Source: Patescibacteria group bacterium | GTDB lineage: Bacteria; Patescibacteriota; Minisyncoccia; UBA6257; JACRHW01 | Reading direction: 5' to 3' | Assembly: GCA_028865725.1 (NCBI GenBank) | Contig: JAGWJP010000001.1 | Coordinates: 294,568 to 358,567 of the forward strand | DNA length: 64,000 nt | Shown here: in pieces, positions 35,392 to 46,973 of the stretch | Position numbering within the stretch: position 1 is the stretch's first letter | Layout: every line of letters begins with the position of its first letter | Translations under genes and position numbers: made by a program | The notes under the pieces: model-generated | What the model saw: the letters and a program-made list of their open reading frames with translations, nothing else | Told to the model about the DNA's origin: nothing | Database searches by the model: none

Positions 35392-35727
35392 ATGAAAACG
35401 ATCAAGTTTGCCCACCACCTGGTGCAAAAGATTCTTGATGGAAGCAAAACTGCGACGTGGCGGTTGTTTGATGATAAGGATCTTACAACGGGTGACATGC
35501 TTCAATTTATCGATACGGATACGAGTAACCCTTTTGCTGAAGCTGAGATTACAAACGTGAGAGAAAAATACCTGGGAGAGATAGAGAATCAGGATTACGA
35601 AGGGCACGAGCCGTTTGAAAGCCCAGAAGCTATGCTCGCGACATTTAGAAAATACTATGGTGATATGGTATCGTGGGATACTCCTGTGAAAATGATATCG
35701 TTTAGATTGCTAAAGACGGTATTATAA
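35392..35727 (+). CDS. ASCH-domain (PUA-like) protein
   Basis: 111 aa. MKTIKFAHHLVQKILDGSKTATWRL...GDMLQF is an ASC-1-homology beta-barrel pattern. Confidence 0.5.
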   Translation: MKTIKFAHHLVQKILDGSKTATWRLFDDKDLTTGDMLQFIDTDTSNPFAEAEITNVREKYLGEIENQDYEGHEPFESPEAMLATFRKYYGDMVSWDTPVKMISFRLLKTVL

Positions 35728-35780
35728 TAAATAAATTCCAAATTTTTGCCTTTTGATTTTTAACTTTTGCATTTACTATT

Positions 35781-36509
35781 GTGCCCCACATTGAAATAGC
35801 CGCAGAGCATATTATCGGGTTTGTTACCAATACATTACTTTCCGCATGGGTCGTTCTTTTGGTATGGGCGGGTATCGCCTTTTTTCTTTCAAAAGGGAAG
35901 GAGCTTGTTCCTTCAATGCTCCAGAATGTAGTAGAGATTGTACTCGAGGCCCTGCTTGGTCTCTTGGAAGATGTGTTTGGCTCGCGTCGTGACGCAGAGC
36001 GCTATCTTCCCCTTATTGGGACTATCTTCTTATTTATCCTTACTTCAAACTGGCTTGGCATTGTGCCAGGGTTTGGTTCTGTGGGATTTTTTGCGGTCCA
36101 TGAGGGTCAGCAGACGTTTGTGCCTTTTTTGCGGAGCGGCGCGAGTGATTTGAATACCACATTAGCGCTTGCGATTGTGGCGATGGTACTTGTGCAGATC
36201 TTTGGTATTATGACCATTGGTTTTGTGCGTCATGTGTCTAAATTTTTTACGCTCAAAACCCCCATCGACTTTTTTGTAGGCATTCTTGAATTTATTTCAG
36301 AACTTGCTAAAATAATATCGTTTTCATTTAGGCTTTTTGGTAATATTTTTGCGGGAGAGGTCCTCCTGATTGTGATGGGGGCGCTGGCTCCTTACTTGGT
36401 TCCTGTTCCTTTTTTGGGGCTTGAACTTTTTGTAGGATTTATTCAAGCACTGGTTTTCGCGATGCTTACCATGGTTTTTATCGAAATCGCAACAACAGAG
36501 CACTATTAA
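35781..36509 (+). CDS. atpB: F0F1 ATP synthase subunit a
   Basis: GTG start. NWLGIVPGFGS and RLFGNIFAGEVLL carry the conserved Arg of subunit a. 5-6 TM helices. Confidence 0.85.
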   Translation: MPHIEIAAEHIIGFVTNTLLSAWVVLLVWAGIAFFLSKGKELVPSMLQNVVEIVLEALLGLLEDVFGSRRDAERYLPLIGTIFLFILTSNWLGIVPGFGSVGFFAVHEGQQTFVPFLRSGASDLNTTLALAIVAMVLVQIFGIMTIGFVRHVSKFFTLKTPIDFFVGILEFISELAKIISFSFRLFGNIFAGEVLLIVMGALAPYLVPVPFLGLELFVGFIQALVFAMLTMVFIEIATTEHY

Positions 36510-36677
36510 ATAAATCCAAAACTACAATGGAAAAATCAAAAATATTTTTTGAATACTTTTGAATTTTGAGTTTAAATTTTTCCTTTTGATGTTTGAGTTA
36601 AAGAATAATGATTAAAGTCGATATTAAATTTTAAGTTGGAAGTGTAGAAAATAAGAAATAATTATAATTTTTGTTAA

Positions 36678-36908
<231 letters not shown>

Positions 36909-37054
36909 ACACTTTTTGTTTGGCGCATAGCTTTGTTAGAAACTATATTTCCCGCTCACCATACCAATCGTGTATGGCTCGCGGGAAGCCTCGTTTCTTT
37001 CTCGCTCTGCATCCAAACAAAGAAGTGTTTTTCGCAGCTTGTTATTTGCCTCAT

Positions 37055-37110
37055 TTTTCTACTATTTTCTAGATTCTATTTTCTAGTTTCTAGATACTAG
37101 ATTCTTCATG
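37055..37110. repeat. TCTAGA-rich repeat cluster in the atpE-atpF spacer
   Basis: TTTTCTAGATTCTATTTTCTAGTTTCTAGATACTAGATTC contains three CTAGA(T) cores. It is related to AATCTAGAA clusters at about 46150-46185 and about 60733-60766. Confidence 0.4.
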
Positions 37111-37115
37111 TACGT

Positions 37116-37643
37116 ATGTCAGACTTTATTACTCATTTTGGTATTGACTGGAAACTTCTTCTTGCTCAGATTGTCAATTTTGGTGTACTCTTGTTTTTGC
37201 TGAAGCGATTTGTTTACGGTCCCATCCTCACGATTCTAAAAACAAGGAAAGAAAAGATTGAACAAGGTCTTCAATACGCTCGAGATGCGGAGGAAGAGCT
37301 TAAGCATACCGAGATATTGCGGCAAGAGATCTTAGAATCTGCAAAACGAGAGGCGCATGCGATTGTTGCTCGCGCAGAAAGCAGTGCGCAACAACGAGAA
37401 GCCGAATTACTTGAAGTAACGCATAAAAAAACAGAGATCGCAATTGCAGAGGCAAGGCGTATTATTCAAGATGAAAAGGTAAAGATGCAGAATGAGTTTC
37501 AAGGCGAGGCAGAAGCACTTGTGCGCGCAGGTATCATAAAAGTGCTCGGCGAGCTCCCGGCTGAAGTGCGCGATGCATCTCTTGTGGCTGACGCAGTACG
37601 TGAATTAAAATCCCTTTCTCCTGAGAAAACAAAAAGACCATGA
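37116..37643 (+). CDS. atpF: F0F1 ATP synthase subunit b
   Basis: 175 aa with an N-terminal TM (LLLAQIVNFGVLLFLL) and a long charged helix. It sits between atpE and atpH. Confidence 0.7.
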   Translation: MSDFITHFGIDWKLLLAQIVNFGVLLFLLKRFVYGPILTILKTRKEKIEQGLQYARDAEEELKHTEILRQEILESAKREAHAIVARAESSAQQREAELLEVTHKKTEIAIAEARRIIQDEKVKMQNEFQGEAEALVRAGIIKVLGELPAEVRDASLVADAVRELKSLSPEKTKRP

Positions 37644-38020
37644 AGTATACCGTACGAGAATATGCCCACGCGCTTGTTGAGCTCGCAGAAGATAAAAAAC
37701 AGAGCGAGATGAATGCCCTTTTGCATGGGTTTTTGAGCTTTGTATACCGTAATGGAGATATGGCGCGCCTTGGGCGTATTGTCCAAGAAGTTTCGCGCCA
37801 GTATTATCGATCACGCGGACTTCATCCATTGGAAATAGAAAGCGCATCGCCACTAACCGATGCGGTGCGTAATGCCATTCGTTCCTCAGTTTTTCAAGGC
37901 ATTCTTATTAAAGAATCCTTGCGCGAGGAACTACATGGAGGAGTAACAATTCTTATTGATCATGAAATTCTCATTGATGCATCATTTGAATATCAATTGA
38001 CACGCATGTTTACTCATTAA
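37640..38020 (+). CDS. atpH: F0F1 ATP synthase subunit delta (short OSCP)
   Basis: 126 aa. There is a 4-nt ATGA overlap with atpF. The C-terminal [21 protein letters not shown] is an OSCP-like motif. It lies between atpF and atpA. Confidence 0.6.
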   Translation: MKYTVREYAHALVELAEDKKQSEMNALLHGFLSFVYRNGDMARLGRIVQEVSRQYYRSRGLHPLEIESASPLTDAVRNAIRSSVFQGILIKESLREELHGGVTILIDHEILIDASFEYQLTRMFTH

Positions 38021-38034
38021 CCTATTTTGCTTTT

Positions 38035-39570
38035 ATGCATGATTCTCTTATCGACAATCTAAAAAAGGAAATTGAAGGATTTAAGCGTACGTTGAAGACC
38101 GAGATGATCGGACATGTGATTGAAGTAGGTGACGGTATCGCAAAAATTTCTGGTATTTCTGGGGTGGGTGCTCAAGAAATGTTGCTTATCACCACGCATA
38201 CAGGAGAAGTGGCTGGTATCGCTTTTAATTTAGAGGAGGATTTGGTGGGGGCTATTATTCTTGGCGATTCTTCAAACGTTCGGGAGGGAGATGTGGTGAA
38301 ACCGACAGGACGCGTGTTGTCGGTACGTGTAGGGGAGAGTCTTGTGGGACGCGTCGTCGATCCGCTCGGCAATCCTCAGGACGGGCGTGGTCCGATATTT
38401 GAAGACGTTACGGAAGAGATTTTTTATTCTGTCGAACGCGCAGCACCTTCGGTGATTGAGCGCGAATCGGTGCGTACCCCGCTTCATACGGGAATTAAGG
38501 CAATTGACAGCATGGTACCGATTGGTCGTGGGCAGCGCGAGTTAATTATCGGAGATAGACAAATTGGTAAAACCTCTCTCGCTATAGATACGATTATCAA
38601 TCAAAAAAATGATACCCGCCATGTTACTCCTATTTGTATTTACGTGGCGATTGGACAAAAAGAATCTAAGATTGCAAAAATTGTCGCTACGTTGAAGGAG
38701 GCGGGCGCAATGGCATATACGATAGTTGTTTCCGCACCCGCATCATCTCCCGCATCGTTATGGTTTTTGGCTCCCTATAGCGCTACTGCGATAGGTGAGT
38801 ATTTTATGGAACAAGGCCAGGATGCGCTTATTGTGTATGATGACCTTTCAAAGCACGCATGGGCGTACCGTGAGCTCTCCCTCTTGTTGCGTCGTCCTCC
38901 TGGCCGCGAAGCATATCCCGGTGATATTTTTTATCTTCACTCGCGGCTTCTCGAGCGTTCTGCGCGTTTGAGTAAAGAGCGTGGGGGCGGATCTCTTACC
39001 GCACTTCCTATTATCGAAACGCAACTTGGTGACGTGTCTGCATATATTCCTACCAATGTGATTTCGATTACTGATGGTCAAATCTATTTGGAGCCTGAAC
39101 TATTTTATCAGGGAATTCGTCCTGCGGTGAATGCGGGGCTTTCAGTTTCTCGCGTGGGTTCTTCTGCGCAAACCAAGGCAATGAAAAAAGTGGCGGGTCG
39201 CTTGCGCCTAGAGCTTGCACAGTTTCGTGAACTTGCTGCGTTTACGCAGTTTGCTTCAGAGCTTGATGAATCGACTCGAAAACGTATTGATCGCGGAAAG
39301 GTGCTTATTCAAGTATTGAAACAACCAGAATTGAATCCCGTGCCATTTGAGCAACAGGTTGTTTTATTCTATGCAGCGATTCATGGATATTTCGATTCAA
39401 TTCCTTCAGAAGAGGTGCAAACATATAGCAACACACTTCTTCGTTATATGGAATCTATGCACAAAGAAGACATTCTTGGCGCACTTTTAAAATCAGGCGA
39501 ACTCTCAACAGACATTGAAGAAAAAATGAAATCCGCGTTTAACGACTTCTCCGCTACCGCGCACTCCTAG
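38035..39570 (+). CDS. atpA: F0F1 ATP synthase subunit alpha
   Basis: 511 aa. Walker [10 protein letters not shown] and the classic alpha-subunit signature [29 protein letters not shown]. Confidence 0.95.
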   Translation: MHDSLIDNLKKEIEGFKRTLKTEMIGHVIEVGDGIAKISGISGVGAQEMLLITTHTGEVAGIAFNLEEDLVGAIILGDSSNVREGDVVKPTGRVLSVRVGESLVGRVVDPLGNPQDGRGPIFEDVTEEIFYSVERAAPSVIERESVRTPLHTGIKAIDSMVPIGRGQRELIIGDRQIGKTSLAIDTIINQKNDTRHVTPICIYVAIGQKESKIAKIVATLKEAGAMAYTIVVSAPASSPASLWFLAPYSATAIGEYFMEQGQDALIVYDDLSKHAWAYRELSLLLRRPPGREAYPGDIFYLHSRLLERSARLSKERGGGSLTALPIIETQLGDVSAYIPTNVISITDGQIYLEPELFYQGIRPAVNAGLSVSRVGSSAQTKAMKKVAGRLRLELAQFRELAAFTQFASELDESTRKRIDRGKVLIQVLKQPELNPVPFEQQVVLFYAAIHGYFDSIPSEEVQTYSNTLLRYMESMHKEDILGALLKSGELSTDIEEKMKSAFNDFSATAHS

Positions 39571-39594
39571 CGGTTAATTGCTAACAGTTCAGAC

Positions 39595-41909
<2,315 letters not shown>

Positions 41910-41961
41910 CTTGTAGAGAGTGAGATTTTTCTATAAGCTCACAGCTAGAAGCTACACGTTT

Positions 41962-42204
41962 ATGACACTCGGCATCTATACACTACAAGGCACCTTATTT
42001 CAGGGTCACGTGAAAAAAATCATCGCAACGACAACTGCGGGTGAGATAACAATTCTTGATCACCATATCCCTCTTGTTGCGCGTCTTGCGAGTCCTTCTG
42101 TACGTCTTGTTGACGCGCAGGAAAAAGAGACTATAATAAAAATTACCTCTGGCGTGCTCGAAGTCAGGGGAGGAAGCGAGGTTTTCATCCTTGCTACGCA
42201 ATAG
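41962..42204 (+). CDS. atpC: F0F1 ATP synthase subunit epsilon (N-terminal beta-sandwich only)
   Basis: 80 aa from Met 41962, immediately after atpD. ITILDHHIPLVARL matches the epsilon beta-sandwich. There is no C-terminal helical hairpin. Confidence 0.65.
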   Translation: MTLGIYTLQGTLFQGHVKKIIATTTAGEITILDHHIPLVARLASPSVRLVDAQEKETIIKITSGVLEVRGGSEVFILATQ

Positions 42205-42211
42205 AATTACC

Positions 42212-42661
42212 ATGGCGCAGGATTATATTTTCAAAGAAGAAAGCGATTTGGAGCATTACGATGCAAGTGCTTTTGCTCTTCGATGTTTTGATAACAGATT
42301 CTGGATCGTTTTTAAGCACCTCATTAAAGGTGATGAAACACTCGATCATATTGATCTTGAATCAACCGCAGGCGGAGCAAAAGTGCTCGCGTCTCCTGAG
42401 GTAGAGAGCGATCGGGAGGCCCTTCTGCGCGAGATTGAAAAATCAGTGCGTCTCCACCATACGCCGAAGGTAATGCTTTTCAATCATATCGACTGCGGCG
42501 CATATGGCGGTTCCACGCGATTTAATGGAAACAGAGATGAAGAGCTCACGTTTCATGTGGAAGAGCTCAAGCGCGCTCGTGCGATCGTACAAGAACGTTT
42601 CCCAAATCTTGTTGTCGAGACATATTTTATCGACGAGCACGGTATTATGAAGATTCAGTAA
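42212..42661 (+). CDS. beta-class carbonic-anhydrase-like protein (tentative)
   Basis: About 149 aa from Met 42212. It has a C-x-D-x-R motif (RCFDNRF) and H-x-x-C-G (NHIDCGAYGG) about 67 aa apart. That spacing is like the beta-CA zinc ligands. Confidence 0.35.
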   Translation: MAQDYIFKEESDLEHYDASAFALRCFDNRFWIVFKHLIKGDETLDHIDLESTAGGAKVLASPEVESDREALLREIEKSVRLHHTPKVMLFNHIDCGAYGGSTRFNGNRDEELTFHVEELKRARAIVQERFPNLVVETYFIDEHGIMKIQ

Positions 42662-42689
42662 ATCTCATAGTTACTATCGATCAAACCAG

Positions 42690-42717
42690 ATAACACTTCG
42701 CCGCGGCGAAGTGTTAT
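42690..42717 (+). terminator. perfect 13-bp stem hairpin after the atp-operon-distal gene
   Basis: ATAACACTTCGCC-GC-GGCGAAGTGTTAT. No strong T-tract follows. Confidence 0.4.
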
Positions 42718-42734
42718 GCTCCTACGCGTTTTGT

Positions 42735-42763
42735 TGACAATATATCAAACTTGATGTATATGC
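42735..42763 (+). promoter_or_regulatory. candidate sigma-70 promoter
   Basis: TTGACA, then 17 bp, then TGTATATG (-35 consensus and an extended -10-like element). The first 12 nt, TTGACAATATAT, are identical to the promoter at about 58764. Confidence 0.4.
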
Positions 42764-42860
42764 AGAAAAGAAGTTTGGTAAAAAAGGAAAAAAAGGTCCA
42801 CTACCATTTTGGGTTTCTCCGTTTTTTTCAACGACAGGGAAAGATCTTAAGGAAGCGGTT

Positions 42861-42932
42861 ATGAAAAATATCGATGACATGTATGCGCGCTTCAAAGAAG
42901 AACTTCGCCGATCGTCAGATTCAGAGCAGTAG
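42861..42932 (+). CDS. candidate 23-aa small ORF (MKNIDDMYARFKEELRRSSDSEQ) between promoter and terminator
   Basis: AAGGAAG RBS 6 nt upstream. It is followed by the hairpin ATAGCAC-GCGA-GTGCTAT plus TTTTT at about 42944-42965. It is below the ORF-track length cut-off. Confidence 0.2.
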   Translation: MKNIDDMYARFKEELRRSSDSEQ

Positions 42933-43046
42933 TAAGAATAGAATAGCACGCGAGTGCTATTTTTTAATATGTTTTGGACCTTAATCCATTTCACATCTGC
43001 GGAGTTTTTTGTTACAATACGTATATTATTAAGTTACTTATTATCT

Positions 43047-43550
43047 ATGGAGCCACAGACCACCCATGTTGCGCTTGCAGTAAAAACATCGCCAAAGGAT
43101 TTTTTTCTTCATCTTTTAAGCATGGTCGCACTTTATGCAAGCGCGGTGAGTTTTTTGATGATCGTGTTTTCTCTTATTAACGTGTATTTTCCTGATGTTG
43201 CGCAGCAGAATCTGTATGATCAGGTTTCTTCGTTACGCGATTCCATACGCGGATCGCTTTCTTCCTTGATCGTGTTTTTTCCGGTTTTTCTCGTTGTTAC
43301 GTCGCTCTTGAACAAAAGTTATCATACATTCCCCGAAAAACGCAATCTTGGCGTGCGTAAATGGCTGATTTATTTCACACTTTTTGTTGGGGCGCTTGTC
43401 ATGATGGGCTATTTAGTTTCTGCCATTTATGGTCTTTTGGGGGGAGAACTTACGCTCCCGTTTAGCCTTAAAGTGCTCTCAATCTTTTTTGTGGCGGGAT
43501 CCATTTTTGTGTATTATCTTTCCGATATCAAAAAACACGGTACAGAATAA
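43047..43550 (+). CDS. polytopic membrane protein (DUF5671-like)
   Basis: About 167 aa from Met 43047 with 4-5 TM helices. It is often paired with a pilin-like gene in small-genome bacteria. The domain call is from memory. Confidence 0.4.
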   Translation: MEPQTTHVALAVKTSPKDFFLHLLSMVALYASAVSFLMIVFSLINVYFPDVAQQNLYDQVSSLRDSIRGSLSSLIVFFPVFLVVTSLLNKSYHTFPEKRNLGVRKWLIYFTLFVGALVMMGYLVSAIYGLLGGELTLPFSLKVLSIFFVAGSIFVYYLSDIKKHGTE

Positions 43551-43553
43551 TCC

Positions 43554-44042
43554 ATGAAGTTATTTTCTTTTACGGTGATTGTTCTTGTTGTGTTGGTGCT
43601 TGTGGTCGGGTTTTATTTTGTGGGTTCACCTGCGACCGCGCGGTTTGAACGGCTGGATGCACAGCGTGTTTCCGATTTGGAGCTGCTTCAAAATGACATT
43701 CTTAATTATTGGAGTACCAAAAAAACTGTTCCTGCAAAGCTTTCTGATCTTAATGATATTATGGTAAATGTCATAACACCGCGCGATCCGGCGACGAGAG
43801 AGGAGTATGGGTATACCGCAAGCGGGACGAACGCCTTTACGCTATGCGCTACATTTGCACTGCCGAGTTCTTCTTACCAGGGAATACATTATGGCACGCT
43901 TCCGTCTGTCCCACAACCTGTTGCCTTAAAAACCGCCCCCGCATATCCAGGCGAGTATGGCGATATCTGGTATCACGGGCAATCGGGGTATGTGTGTTTT
44001 GATCGTACGATCGATCCTGGACGATATGTGCAAACGCCTTAG
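43554..44042 (+). CDS. membrane-anchored hypothetical protein (possible pilin/pseudopilin-like)
   Basis: 162 aa. The N-terminal hydrophobic helix is FSFTVIVLVVLVLVVGFYFVGS. The start lies 4 nt after the upstream gene. A terminator hairpin lies downstream (AGGGGTTTCAAACGCCCCT plus T-tract, about 44133-44162). Confidence 0.4.
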   Translation: MKLFSFTVIVLVVLVLVVGFYFVGSPATARFERLDAQRVSDLELLQNDILNYWSTKKTVPAKLSDLNDIMVNVITPRDPATREEYGYTASGTNAFTLCATFALPSSSYQGIHYGTLPSVPQPVALKTAPAYPGEYGDIWYHGQSGYVCFDRTIDPGRYVQTP

Positions 44043-44184
44043 TGATGTTTTCTCTCTGTAACCTTTCTCCTCTCTCTAATCATTAGGTAGGAACAGGAAC
44101 GAGGCTGATTACTCAACGCGTATCGATGAGGGGTTTCAAACGCCCCTTTTTTGTTGTAATCTGAGTAATTAGCCACGAGGCATC

Positions 44185-46158
44185 ATGTTTAATCTCATAT
44201 CTCATAATAGGCCCGCGGGTGATCAGCCTGATGCGATCAGGTCTCTTGTGCACGGACTTGAACAGGGGTTTGCGAAACAAACGCTTCTTGGCGTTACGGG
44301 ATCGGGGAAGACATTTACAGTCGCCAACGTCATCGCAAAGATGAATATCCCGACGCTTGTGATTGCTCACAATAAGACACTTGCGGCACAGCTTTGCAAT
44401 GAGTTCCGGGAGCTGTTTCCGAAGAATTCGGTACACTATTTTGTTTCGTATTACGATTATTATCAGCCGGAAGCGTATATTCCTTCCTCCGATACCTATA
44501 TTGGAAAAGAAGCGATGGTGAATGAAGAAATCGATAAGCTCCGCCACGCAGCTACTACCGCGCTCCTGACGCGGCGCGATGTGATCATTGTAGCCTCAGT
44601 ATCGTGTATTTACGGATTAGGTGCGCCCGAAGCGTACCGCGAAAATATCTTGCATGTGAAGGTGGGGGATATGATCGAGCGCGCAGCATTTATGAAAAAG
44701 CTCGTCACGCTTCAATTTACTCGTACGAACGCAGACCTTACTCGTGCGACCTTTCGTGTGCGTGGAGACAATTGGGAGATTATGCCTCCAGACCGCGAAA
44801 TCATTTATTCATTCCATTGTGCAGAAGGCGTGGTACGAGAGATTTATGAAGTGAATCCTGTTGAAGGGTTTGTCCCAGGCGTTACCGCGACTGTTCCCGA
44901 GGTTGTTTTTGCTCCGGCTAAACATTTTATTACCAGTGTTTCAGATCGCACACGCGCGATGAAAGCGATTGAAGCAGAGTTAAAAGAGCGACTTCGATAT
45001 TTTGAGCAGAACCAAAAATATCTTGAGGCGGAACGTCTTGAGCGGCGCACAAAAGCAGATCTGGCAATGATGCGCGAAGTAGGGTATTGCAATGGCATCG
45101 AAAATTATTCGCGCCATCTTTCAGGGCGCGCGCCGGGAGATCCCCCCGATACGCTGCTTGATTATTTTCCCGAAGACTTTTTAACGGTGATCGATGAGTC
45201 TCATGTGACGGTGCCTCAGATTGAGGGAATGCAGGCGGGAGATGCTTCGCGTAAAAAGACCTTAGTAGATTTTGGATTTCGTCTTCCTTCTGCAAAAGAT
45301 AATCGTCCGCTTACGTTTCAGGAGTTTTCTGCGCGCGTGCATCGCGTGATGTATACGTCCGCCACGCCAGGCTCCTACGAACTTACTCACAGCGATCAGG
45401 TAGTTGAACAAATCATTCGTCCTACCGGGCTTGTGGATCCCGAAATTACCATTTGTCCTGTACAAGGCCAGGTGAGCGATCTTATTCCTCGTATTGAGGC
45501 GCGCGTGAAGGTTCATGAGCGCGTACTGGTTACGACGCTTACCAAAAAAATGGCGGAAGACCTCAGTGCGTTTCTTGAGGAAAAGGGAATTAAGGTATCC
45601 TACCTTCATAGTGATGTAAAAACACTAGATCGGGTACGCATTTTGACGGGGCTTCGCAAAGGAGAGTTTGATGTGCTGGTGGGGGTGAACCTTCTGCGTG
45701 AGGGGCTTGATTTACCCGAGGTGTCTCTTGTTGCGATTCTTGATGCCGACAAGGAAGGATTTTTGCGCAGTGAGACGTCACTCGTTCAAACAATCGGCCG
45801 TGCGGCGCGGAATGTACGAGGAGAGGTGGTAATGTACGCTGATGTTATGACCGGTTCCATTACGCGGGCGGTACAAGAAACAAATCGTAGACGTTCCCTT
45901 CAACTTGCCTACAACGAGAAATACCACATCATACCAAAAACGGTGCTAAAAGAGATTACCGATATTCTTCCTACCGGGCGTATTTTGCAACTTGAAATGA
46001 AACCTGTTCCTACGTCTAAAAAACAGCGTTCCGAATTTATTAAAGAAAAAGAACATGAAATGCGTGAGGCGGCAGGGCGCCTTGATTTCGAACTCGCTGC
46101 CATTTTACGTGACGAACTTAAGGAGCTTCAAAAAGATCAAAAGAAAAAGAGAAACTAG
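44185..46158 (+). CDS. uvrB: excinuclease ABC subunit B
   Basis: 657 aa. Walker A GVTGSGKTFT, the beta-hairpin region, helicase motifs and the C-terminal UVR domain (LDFELAAILRDELKELQ). Confidence 0.95.
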   Translation: MFNLISHNRPAGDQPDAIRSLVHGLEQGFAKQTLLGVTGSGKTFTVANVIAKMNIPTLVIAHNKTLAAQLCNEFRELFPKNSVHYFVSYYDYYQPEAYIPSSDTYIGKEAMVNEEIDKLRHAATTALLTRRDVIIVASVSCIYGLGAPEAYRENILHVKVGDMIERAAFMKKLVTLQFTRTNADLTRATFRVRGDNWEIMPPDREIIYSFHCAEGVVREIYEVNPVEGFVPGVTATVPEVVFAPAKHFITSVSDRTRAMKAIEAELKERLRYFEQNQKYLEAERLERRTKADLAMMREVGYCNGIENYSRHLSGRAPGDPPDTLLDYFPEDFLTVIDESHVTVPQIEGMQAGDASRKKTLVDFGFRLPSAKDNRPLTFQEFSARVHRVMYTSATPGSYELTHSDQVVEQIIRPTGLVDPEITICPVQGQVSDLIPRIEARVKVHERVLVTTLTKKMAEDLSAFLEEKGIKVSYLHSDVKTLDRVRILTGLRKGEFDVLVGVNLLREGLDLPEVSLVAILDADKEGFLRSETSLVQTIGRAARNVRGEVVMYADVMTGSITRAVQETNRRRSLQLAYNEKYHIIPKTVLKEITDILPTGRILQLEMKPVPTSKKQRSEFIKEKEHEMREAAGRLDFELAAILRDELKELQKDQKKKRN

Positions 46159-46185
46159 AATTGAAAATCTCGAATCTAGAAAGAA
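46150..46185. repeat. AATCTAGAA-motif pair at the uvrB 3' end
   Basis: GAAACTAGAATTGAAAATCTCGAATCTAGAAAG carries the same CTAGAA core as the 37055-37110 and 60733-60766 clusters. Confidence 0.35.
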
Positions 46186-46254
46186 GGAGTGAGCGAAACG
46201 ACTCGAGGAGCTACCCTTAAAAGAAAAAACCGCATTGGGCGGTTTGCGATTTTA

Positions 46255-46503
46255 TTATTGTATAAATTTTGGCCTTTTGATGCCGGAAAATAGACGGAAG
46301 AGGAAAGATCTGTAGTCTTTGATCAGGAGATCAGTTTGACAGTGTTTATTTGGACAAACTACATATATATAATTTGCTGACGCCCATCCGTTTAAATCAT
46401 ATCGGATATCGGGTTCCTTGTATTCGAATACACAACCACATGCAGTGCATTTCAATTTTCCTTCTTTGCGATAGTGTTGTTTTCCTTCCACAACGATACG
46501 CAT
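46255..46503 (-). CDS. small zinc-ribbon protein
   Basis: 82 aa from Met 46503. It has the Cys pairs CTACGC and CPNKHC. It follows the upstream minus-strand gene by 4 nt. Confidence 0.4.
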   Translation of the reverse strand: MRIVVEGKQHYRKEGKLKCTACGCVFEYKEPDIRYDLNGWASANYIYVVCPNKHCQTDLLIKDYRSFLFRLFSGIKRPKFIQ

Positions 46504-46507
46504 ATTG

Positions 46508-46819
46508 TCAGTCTCCTTTCGGACGTAGTCTAGGATGGAGAGCGCCCATACCATATTGAGGCGGATCATCCTTTTGCACATCAGCTACATATTCTTTGGG
46601 AAGCGTGTGTTCAAGATAATGTTTTATCGCTTCCAATTCTTGTTTGCTTAACCACAATAGTATTCTAAATTGCATTTGATCTCGATAGAGTGCCCCATAA
46701 AGCTGTTCAAGCGTCTTATAGCCACGCTCAGCAAGGCGTGTTTTCTGTTTTTTATTAAGAATGGTGTCGGGTACGCATTCCACAGGAGTTCCTTCAGGTT
46801 GGAGCTTGAAATCCGGCAT
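46508..46819 (-). CDS. hypothetical protein (possible helix-hairpin-helix-like segment)
   Basis: About 104 aa from Met 46819, divergent from uvrA. KTRLAERGYKTLEQL is a candidate HhH segment. No firm domain recognised. Confidence 0.3.
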   Translation of the reverse strand: MPDFKLQPEGTPVECVPDTILNKKQKTRLAERGYKTLEQLYGALYRDQMQFRILLWLSKQELEAIKHYLEHTLPKEYVADVQKDDPPQYGMGALHPRLRPKGD

Positions 46820-46973
46820 AAATGATCCTCCTGTTATCAAATTCCTACGAAGAGCATAGCACATGTATTTTAGTTTTAGCAAGGTTGCTTTTCTACAATT
46901 TTTTGTATATTCTTTGAAAAAAGGAAATGATAGGGCATCCCCACAACATATTTGCGGGGCGCTTTCCGTTTTT

